DNA of 63,268 nucleotides, the filler included, from Octopus bimaculoides (taxonomy: Eukaryota): NCBI RefSeq assembly GCF_001194135.2. It is 5 parts of 5 records of this genome, joined end to end, with 100 filler letters (N's around TTAATTAATTAA, not from the genome) between each part and the next. Parts side by side here need not be neighbours in the genome. Positions count along the whole stretch, not along the records: positions 54,727 to 58,819 come from NC_068993.1; positions 58,920 to 63,268 come from NW_026403704.1; 3 more parts are not named here. The stretch is one strand, 5' to 3'. Positions within the stretch are counted from its first letter, which is position 1, and each line of letters begins with the position of its first letter. Under the pieces are notes generated by a model. The model searched no databases. It was not told the origin of the DNA and was given only the letters and a program-made list of their open reading frames with translations. The position numbers and the translations under genes were made by a program. Shown one piece after another: positions 54,940 to 63,268 of the stretch.

Positions 54940-57760
54940 AAGCCTGGTGGTTTGGATGATGTGGCTGTAAAACCTGCTCTCTGTATTCATTCGAACTGCA
55001 AAGGCCCCAGAACAGTCGCTGGGGGACGCCACATAGAATTTGAGTTCCTTCAGAAAGGGTACCATTGGCTTCAACTACCTGACCTCTATCTTTAAGGAAA
55101 TCATGCAGCCACTCTCCCAATTTCCCAGCAATGCCAAGTTCTCGTAACTTATGCCTTATCATGCCGTGATTTACCTTATCAAATGCCTTTGCAAAGTCAA
55201 GGTATATCACGCTGACATCTGAATGGTCAAGCAGATGTTTCAAAACCCAGTCATAGTGTTGTAGGAGTTGTGTGACGCTGCGTCTCCCTGGACGAAAACC
55301 ATGCTGTGTATTGTTCAGTAGGTCATTTCCTTCTTGGAACATTATCAATCACTTTCTGACTCATTCCATGACGTTATTGATATGCGAAGTCAGAGAGATT
55401 GGTCTGTAGTTTTTGGCCACTGCTCTGCTTCCACCTTTGTGAATAGATCATGTAATGCCTTCTTTCGGCTTTTTTAGGAAGTTTACCACTTGCAAGGAAA
55501 CTTTGGAAAAGATCTGAAGTGGTTTCGCAAAAGCCTGCTTACATGACTTTAGGAGAATAGCTGGGAAGCCATCAGGACTAGTGGCGGAGCATGAGCTCAT
55601 TTGATTTATGGCCGTTGTTACATCTGTCTCCTCATTGTTGATGTGATCAATGGCTGGCGTCACCCTTGTTTAGAGCTGCAATATTAAAGAATTTAGTCGC
55701 ACTTTTTTTTTATCAGCATGTGTTCAAGGAAGTGAAGACACTTTTAAATTGTTCACTGAGTATCTCACTTATCTCTCCTGGATCTGCTGTCAGTGAGTCA
55801 TTCCCTTGCAACAATGGTCTTATTTTATATTGTATTGTGGCTGTTTCCTTTGCGAATTTATAGAAAGCTTTGGGATTTGGTTTATGCTTTCAACAGTTGT
55901 CTTCTCGCTCTGCTTTTTTCCCTTTCGTGAGAGCGTTTGATCTTGTTTTCCATTTCTATGATTGTTCGTATTAAGATATACTTTTCCGTATCCTTCAGTT
56001 GCCTATTCAGCCGTTTTGAGACCTTTGACCTGTGTCTCATAAGGATTTTTCTGTCCTTGAGAGTCTTGTTTGTCAGTGTGCTGGCCCTTCTTTCTGAGGT
56101 ATATTTAGCGCATGTAACTTGTACTGTTCACATAAACAGGCTGAGTTTCAAGTCAATATCTTGCATACATAGAGTGTTGGGCCAATTTCGTTTGTGGCTC
56201 TCTTTGCGGGTTGATTCCGATTTTGCTTTATAAAAATTCAGATTGGATAAGGCTTCAGTTCTCCTGATAGGGTAGACACCAGCAGTTTGCGCAGAACCAT
56301 ACATGGTTAGTCCAAACATTTTGTGATCAGAGAGTGTTGTTGGTGTCACTTGCACATTATGGATAAGGTCCACATTATTTGGGAAGCAGAGGTCCAGTGT
56401 GTTGTTTCCCCTGGTTGTCCTGAATATCACTTGCTCCATGAACAACATATTAGTAAGTTCAAGTAATGACTCAACATGATTTTGTTCATGTAGTGATATC
56501 CCAGAGAGGATGTGGCCTTCAGGCCATTTAACATGTAGGAGGTTGAAGTCAACCACGAAGAGTATGTTGATGTTCTGATCTAGGCTTGTTAACACCTCAT
56601 CGATGTGTTTGAGGCTATCCTCAAATTTGCCATCATATTTGTGGTATTCAGCGAACGATATATTGTGCATACATCTGGATCAACTTGCTTTATATGTATA
56701 TTATTAAGGTGTCACAAACTGAGTTTGAATGTGACAGTAATACAAGCGGTGTGATATCTTCAAGGATTTATATAGCAACTCCGCCGTGGACACTTCCTCT
56801 TCTGTTTGTTTCCAAAACAGCATACCAATGTGTTTCAGTGAGTGTCATGCATATTGCTTGATTGCATGTTACAAGCCCTTTTAGATAGAGAATTTTACCT
56901 CTGTTGCTGAGTTTTAGCAGACCTCCAATGTTCTGTAGGAATATGGGTGGGATATATGGGTAGGTGTTAGTGGTGGTCATCTTGGGCCTGTCACCTGAGG
57001 TGGTCTTGTGCATTGAAATGCATGCCTTTTTTTTCATCCTGTGCATCCATGTCTGCTGCTGCTCTATTATCTTGGCTATATTAAAAAAAAGAATGTTGTT
57101 CGATCGCTGAGTTTGTACAGTATCTGCATATTGCCTCTTGGGAGGTGTAGAGTGCATGCATCGTTCTCTTTTCCTACTCTTTTGAGACGTGTTTCTTCCT
57201 GTTGGTGCACTATTAACCTGTAGATCCATACTTGATGATTTCCCTCCGTTTTTGCTGGCTTTGTTTCAGGTTACCCTGTTTGTTGTTCTGATAAGATTAT
57301 GGATGGGCAAAGTTGCAGCCTCTCCCCTTTTTCCATTTCAGCAGGTACCATTTAAGTAAAATTTACATACAACCTGGGCTCTATCAGTTTCTGTCCTTGT
57401 GCTCCTTAGTTTTTCCTTTTGGCGTTTTTGGTTTTTGGCTTTGTTCTTGTTCTTCCTGTTCCCGTTGGACTCCAGTTTTCCTGGCTGTGTCAGATTTTTG
57501 TCCGCCTCTATTTTTCACAACAGTCCAGCTTTGACTGTTTTTATTGAAGCCATTGCTGCTGTCAGTGTTGTTTTGGGGGCCAGTGGTGTTCGCAGTTTCT
57601 TTCTCAATGCTGTTTTTTGGGTCAGTGATGTTCGCATTTTCCTTTTTGATACAGCCTGTTTGTCTTTCATTGGTTTCCAGATATGCAGGGTCGTCATTGA
57701 GCACTTCTGTTTCCTTCATTGTCTTTTCTAGTCCGATATACGCATCGTTAACCAACCAGA
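54940..57760 (-). mobile_element. Degenerate CR1/Jockey-group LINE (ORF1 remnant, APE, RT up to GVPQ); 3' end missing
   Basis: MTLTETHW, FVVDFNL, TRGNNTLDLCF, LSDHK (APE); SPDGFPAILLK, QHGFRPGR, YLDFAKAFDKVNH, GVPQ (RT). Confidence 0.85.
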
Positions 57761-57789
57761 GAAGATGTCCTCTTGCGGTTAAAAAATCT

Positions 57790-58370
57790 CAGTAGAGTCC
57801 GCTCGAAGGGACAGTCATGTTAAAGTGGCTACGAATATTACACACTTTAACAATATTTTGCCTGCAGAAGCGAGCTGCTATCGTCTCTAGCAGACGAGGT
57901 TTGTGAGTATCATGTAAGGCTGTTGGTGGGAGCCATGACCTCCCTTGCAAACACTTTACAGACAGACTGTGTCGATAGCCAACTGGAAAAGATATTTTCC
58001 TAAAACAACAGTAATATCGTCCTTTATAGGACCGCCACATTCTGTTGGCAAATAAACTTTACAATTTGGTACTATTACTGTATACCTCTCGCTCAGAGAG
58101 TTATAACAAGTTGTTTTTCTCTATACAAGATCAGCGGTTGTGTGTCGCTGAAAGAACATATAGTGTTTGCGAGTGGAGAAAGCTTTCTTCAACAACCAGT
58201 GATTATCTCACACTGAGGACGGAAAACCACCCAGAAACCATGATCTGTGAGTATCACTATACGGACACAGATTGTGTGTCGACAGCCAGCTGGAAAAGAT
58301 GTTTTCCTGGAGCTTAAACAAGAGTAACATTGTCCTTTATAGGATCACCACATTCTGTTGGTAAATAAAC
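57790..58370. repeat. Dispersed repeat with tandem duplication, same family as 47400-48000
   Basis: gtgtcga.agcca.ctggaaaagat.ttttcct..gtcctttatagga..ccacattctgttgg.aaataaact at ~57965 and ~58275. Confidence 0.75.
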
Positions 58371-58582
58371 TATACTATATATAATATATAATATATTTGT
58401 ATATACATATATATATATATATATGTGTGTGTCTGTGTGTCTGTATATATATATGTATGTATATGTAGGCTATATATATATATATATATGATACATATAT
58501 ATTATATATACATACACACACACAAATTGATTTAGCCTAATTTATCTATCAAGACATAAATCAAGTTAATATATATATATAT

Positions 58583-58819
58583 ATGGGGACTAAAGTTGCC
58601 CCTACATATGCAAACCTGGTGATGGCCTACTTAGAATTGCAGATATACGACAAATCCAAAACTAGATATGGCCTGTCTTTCCACCAATGCCTGTTAAAGA
58701 ATTGGAAACGTTACTTGGATGATTGCCTCATCTTATGGTCCCATACACTCGACCAACTCTTTGACTTCAAAACCCTAATTAACAGTGTCAACAACCATAT
58801 CCAATTTACAATGGAATAC
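58583..58819 (+). mobile_element. Penelope-like RT fragment
   Basis: MGTKVAPTYANLVMAYLE..WKRYLDDCLILW..INSVNNHIQFTMEY, next to a (TA)n tract, ends at a gap. Confidence 0.85.
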
Positions 58820-59325
58820 NNNNNNNNNNNNNNNNNNNNNNNNNNNNNNNNNNNNNNNNNNNNTTAATTAATTAANNNNNNNNNNNNNNNNNNNNNNNNN
58901 NNNNNNNNNNNNNNNNNNNCCCTTTTTTTACTATCTTCATTTCCTCCTTGTTTTTCTCCTTCTTAACCCATTATGACCGAACTTTGGTGATCCACATTTT
59001 TTATTGATCACTATTAACACGATTGAATTTTGTGCATTTAAACAAGATGGCCCATATTTTTTATGTTGTGAACATTTAAATCATATTTGATATTGTTGAA
59101 TCTTGTAAACATTGAACCTTTAAACCTGTTTTTCTACCTCGCTATTTTAAATTTTTACTATTGATAAACACAAAATATTGTTGAAACTAGTTTGGTTTGT
59201 ATATAAATAAATTTATTTAAAAACAATTACAAAGTTTTAAAATTCAGTTGCATTTCGAACAACAAATCTCCCTCTATTTGTTCCAATGTGGAAATACACA
59301 CCCTCTTTTGTTATATATATATATG

Positions 59326-59425
59326 TGGAGGCGCAATGGCCCAGTGGTTAGGGTAGCAGACTCACGGTCACAGGATCGCGGTTGTGAGTGTTTATTGAGC
59401 GAAAACACCTAAAGCTCCGCGAGGC
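59326..59425 (+). mobile_element. tRNA-derived SINE family 4, 5' fragment
   Basis: ggaggcgcaatggcccagtggttaggg head; matches 62360-62725(-). Confidence 0.75.
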
Positions 59426-59459
59426 TGAAACAGGTAAAAAGAGTAATATATTTTGAGTA

Positions 59460-59810
59460 AATATTCTCATACTTGTTTCAGTCAGTTGACTGCGGCCATG
59501 CTGGAGCACCGCCTTTTGTCGAACAAATCGACGCCAGGACTTGTTTTCGTAAGCCTAATACTTATTATATCGGTCTCTCGTGCCGAACCGCTAAGTCACG
59601 GGGACGTAAACACACCAACATCGATTGTCAAGCGATGGTGGGAGGACAACCACAGACACGCAAACACACGCACACACACATACGACGGGCTTCTTTCAGT
59701 TTCCGTCAACCAAATCCACTGACAAGGCTTTGGTGGGCTCGAAGCTATAGCAGAAGACACTTGCCCAAGGTGCCACGGAGTGGGACTGAACCCGGAACCG
59801 TGTGCTTAAG
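59460..59810 (+). mobile_element. SINE-like repeat family 2 copy
   Basis: Colinear with 33063-33410. Confidence 0.8.
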
Positions 59811-59989
59811 AAGCCTATAATTAGTAATTTTTAATGGAATTCCTTATATTTAATTATAAAAGTATAACAGGATTTTGTTAAAAACATTGAACGGCTGTGA
59901 AGACCCACCCGAGTAGACTAGGAACCGAAGGGGTCTATAGGCAAAATGAAAGGCTGAGTACTACTGATGTAAACCTACATCGAATAAGG

Positions 59990-60200
59990 GGTCGAGCTGG
60001 CAGAATCGTTAGCACACCGGGCGAAATGCTTAGTGGTATTTCGTCTGTCACTATGTTCTGAGTTCAAATTCCGCCGAAGTCGACTTTGCCTTTCATCCTT
60101 TTGGGGTCGATAGATTAAGTACCAGTTGCGTACTGTGGTCGATCTAATCGACTGGCCCCTCCCACAAAACTTCAGGCCTTGTATCTAGAGTAGAAAAGAA
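59990..60200 (+). mobile_element. tRNA-head SINE family 3
   Basis: gagctggcagaatcgttagc..gagttcaaattccgccg..gcctttcatcctt..gggtcgat..aagtaccag. Confidence 0.8.
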
Positions 60201-62359
60201 TATGTTGATGTTTAGCCCCGAGTCGGTGCTGACCAAGCTGACTTCTGATATAAAAAAACTCCTTCCAGCCGTGACTATCCAGCCCGTTTTCATAAATTGT
60301 ATAACCCGGNNNNNNNNNNNNNNNNNNNNNNNNNNNNNNNNNNNNNNNNNNNNNNNNNNNNNNNNNNNNNNNNNNNNNNNNNNNNNNNNNNNNNNNNNNN
60401 NNNNNNNNNNNNNNNNNNNNNNNNNNNNNNNNNNNNNNNNNNNNNNNNNNNNNNNNNNNNNNNNNNNNNNNNNNNNNNNNNNNNNNNNNNNNNNNNNNNN
60501 NNNNNNNNNNNNNNNNNNNNNNNNNNNNNNNNNNNNNNNNNNNNNNNNNNNNNNNNNNNNNNNNNNNNNNNNNNNNNNNNNNNNNNNNNNNNNNNNNNNN
60601 NNNNNNNNNNNNNNNNNNNNNNNNNNNNNNNNNNNNNNNNNNNNNNNNNNNNNNNNNNNNNNNNNNNNNNNNNNNNNNNNNNNNNNNNNNNNNNNNNNNN
60701 NNNNNNNNNNNNNNNNNNNNNNNNNNNNNNNNNNNNNNNNNNNNNNNNNNNNNNNNNNNNNNNNNNNNNNNNNNNNNNNNNNNNNNNNNNNNNNNNNNNN
60801 NNNNNNNNNNNNNNNNNNNNNNNNNNNNNNNNNNNNNNNNNNNNNNNNNNNNNNNNNNNNNNNNNNNNNNNNNNNNNNNNNNNNNNNNNNNNNNNNNNNN
60901 NNNNNNNNNNNNNNNNNNNNNNNNNNNNNNNNNNNNNNNNNNNNNNNNNNNNNNNNNNNNNNNNNNNNNNNNNNNNNNNNNNNNNNNNNNNNNNNNNNNN
61001 NNNNNNNNNNNNNNNNNNNNNNNNNNNNNNNNNNNNNNNNNNNNNNNNNNNNNNNNNNNNNNNNNNNNNNNNNNNNNNNTTTAGAATCATAACTCCGTAT
61101 TTCTCTACGTATTTCGCAAATAAATAAATAAATAAATAAAAAAATTCTAAATGCGGTTTTTTTTTTCAGAATCTCCGTACTCGAAAATGGAGGACTCTGT
61201 AAAAAAAAAAAAAAGACAAAAGGAGGGGTGCGGTCCACATTGTTTACATCCACCTAAAGGGACTGCACTTTTCATCCTGTTGTAGGATATTGCAGTAGGC
61301 AATGTGTTTTTTGTGGGATCCGGGGGTGGCAAACGGAAGGGCCGCCTCGGCGCGTGATATTTTTTCTCCCACGTGAGTTCCGGACCTCAGTAATGAACTC
61401 ATTTGCATACAGCCAATCAGAACTCACCTTGACCTTGTTGTCAAGTTAATAAAGATTGGCATTCAAAATGGTGACCCTCCCGATTGTCATGCGAATCTTG
61501 TATTGTGTTCTCATTCAGAATCTTGTATTGTTCTCTCATCGATACTGAACACATGCGCTGGTTAGCGGTAAGTTTGAATTGCCGAAAATCTCTGGTCAGT
61601 ATGAAGACAATTGGCATGCAACCAACTGCAGCATCCAGGAGAAAGATGGCTGGTGGTGACAGAAACCGCATTGGTGCTATTGAAGGATTGTTTGAAAAGT
61701 GCGAAAGGAACGGTGCCGTTCAGCTCTCAGATTATGCCGCGACGCAAAGCGCAACATAACATTCGTGAATGCATTAAAAATAACCAATCTCTTTGGTAAA
61801 ACACACTCTACCAAGCACACTCTAACAAGACGAAGAACAGTGTTCCAACACCGTTCGCCAAGTCGACCGATCGCCAAGTCGACCGATCGCCAAGTTATGC
61901 CTGATTTTAGAAAGAGACAAGTAATTAGATAGATTTGCATCTATACCTATTATCGGATTTTGTTAGGGCCCCATATGGTAAAAATGTGGATGGGAAAAAT
62001 GTGGGTACAGGGTGATGTGCTAGCATCCCTCTCCTCTTACTGTTTTAGAAAGTAAACAACAACTCGAATAACTACGCAGAGGCATCCATGGTTGGAACAA
62101 GAATAAGAACAACAAGCATTATTAAAAGAGAAAAGAAACATGGTTATTCCATATCCAAGTGACCTTATCTTATCGAAAGAGTGATAGTGCAGTACGGGAA
62201 GAGTGTGGAAATAGAGGAAAGAATTTCCAAGATGAAAGGCGTAATAAGGATTAAGCTGGCCGACAAGGAGTAGAACCGGAATATGAAAGCAGAAGACTAT
62301 GAAGACGAGAGATTAGCAAGACTGAGAAAAATATTTGGAGATAGGATGGAGAATGTTGT

Positions 62360-62725
62360 TGGCACTCCGTCGCTTACGACGTCGAGGGTTCCAGTTGATC
62401 CGATCAACGGAACAGCCTGCTCGGGAAATTAACGTGCAAGTGACTGAGCACTCCACAGACACGTGTACTCTTAACATTGTTCTCGGGGATATTCAGCGTG
62501 ACACAGTGTGACAAGGCTGACCCTTTGAATTACAGGCACAACAGAAACAGGAAGTAAGAGTGAGAGAAAGTTGTGGTGAAAGAGTAGAGCAGGGTTGGCC
62601 ACCATCCCCTGCCGGCGCCTCGTGGAGCTTTAGGTGTTTTCGCTCAATAAACACTCACAGCGCCCGGTCTGGGAATCGAAACCGCGATTCCGCTGCCCTA
62701 ACCGCTGGGCCATTGCGCCTCCACT
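62360..62725 (-). mobile_element. tRNA-derived SINE family 4, near full length
   Basis: Minus strand ggaggcgcaatggcccagcggttaggg...ggtttcgattccc (A/B boxes), tail ..ggaaccctcgacgtcgtaagcgacggagtgcc. Confidence 0.8.
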
Positions 62726-63268
62726 AGGATAGAGAATACGACATTACGATTTAGATACGACGAATTACCATCTGTAATAACATTCGAAGAGTTAATACCT
62801 TTTTTGGTATAAACACGATACAAACTGGATATAATTATTGATTGTAAAAACAGTAAAATGGAACTCCCTACTTTGGGGGGTAGGAAAGCCATTGCATTAT
62901 CATTATATTCATAATTCATTCGTTAAGTGTTGTATGGACCCCACGTTTTGTGTTGTCTGTCCTTGTGGTGTCCCTTCTATATTTAAGGCTTCATGTCTAT
63001 AATAAAGAAAAAAAACGAGAAAGCTTCCTTACCAATCATGTAAATGGACCCAACTAAAATACGTCGCTGCTCCACCGTTTGCATCCTCCTGAGTTGCATC
63101 TGAGGATTTCTCACACTTGAACACCATCACCACTACCCCCACCACCAATTTGTAACACGCAGAATATTTATTTAATCAGTCCCAGGAGGATAAAACTAGA
63201 AGTCTTTTCGATCAAGATTTAAACTCGGAAAGATAAAATGTTTTAGTCGGAACGTTGCACTAACCTCC

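Noticed and set aside
59326-59400. tRNA gene
   Set aside because: SINE head with a deleted T-arm and B-box; cannot form a cloverleaf.

Overview
AT-rich, gapped eukaryotic genomic DNA. The SINE families, microsatellite load and LINE/Penelope content suggest a cephalopod, probably Octopus (inference). About half the window is decayed transposable elements: Penelope-like elements, Tx1/L1, CR1-like, RTE, two Gypsy-type LTR elements, MITEs, a mariner fold-back and four SINE families. The one clearly functional coding feature is a minus-strand array of 13 paralogous exons at 37177-51299. All are AG..GT bounded, phase 1-1, 174 or 177 nt long and stop-free, and each encodes one 58-59 aa helical module (consensus roughly xKSPExLRxxLxxAxxxKDxxxLxxVIxECxxxG[YM]PELxxDLxxARxxLxxLGGGxG). 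The modules follow an unbroken ABCD-ABCD-ABCD-A super-repeat. The ORF track shows only 6 of the 13. The rest of this gene could not be located with confidence in the window. Other points of interest are a Penelope element with an inverted 3' copy, a hammerhead-ribozyme-like motif in a palindrome, Merlin-like MITEs with 8-bp TSDs and a three-level nested TE insertion.
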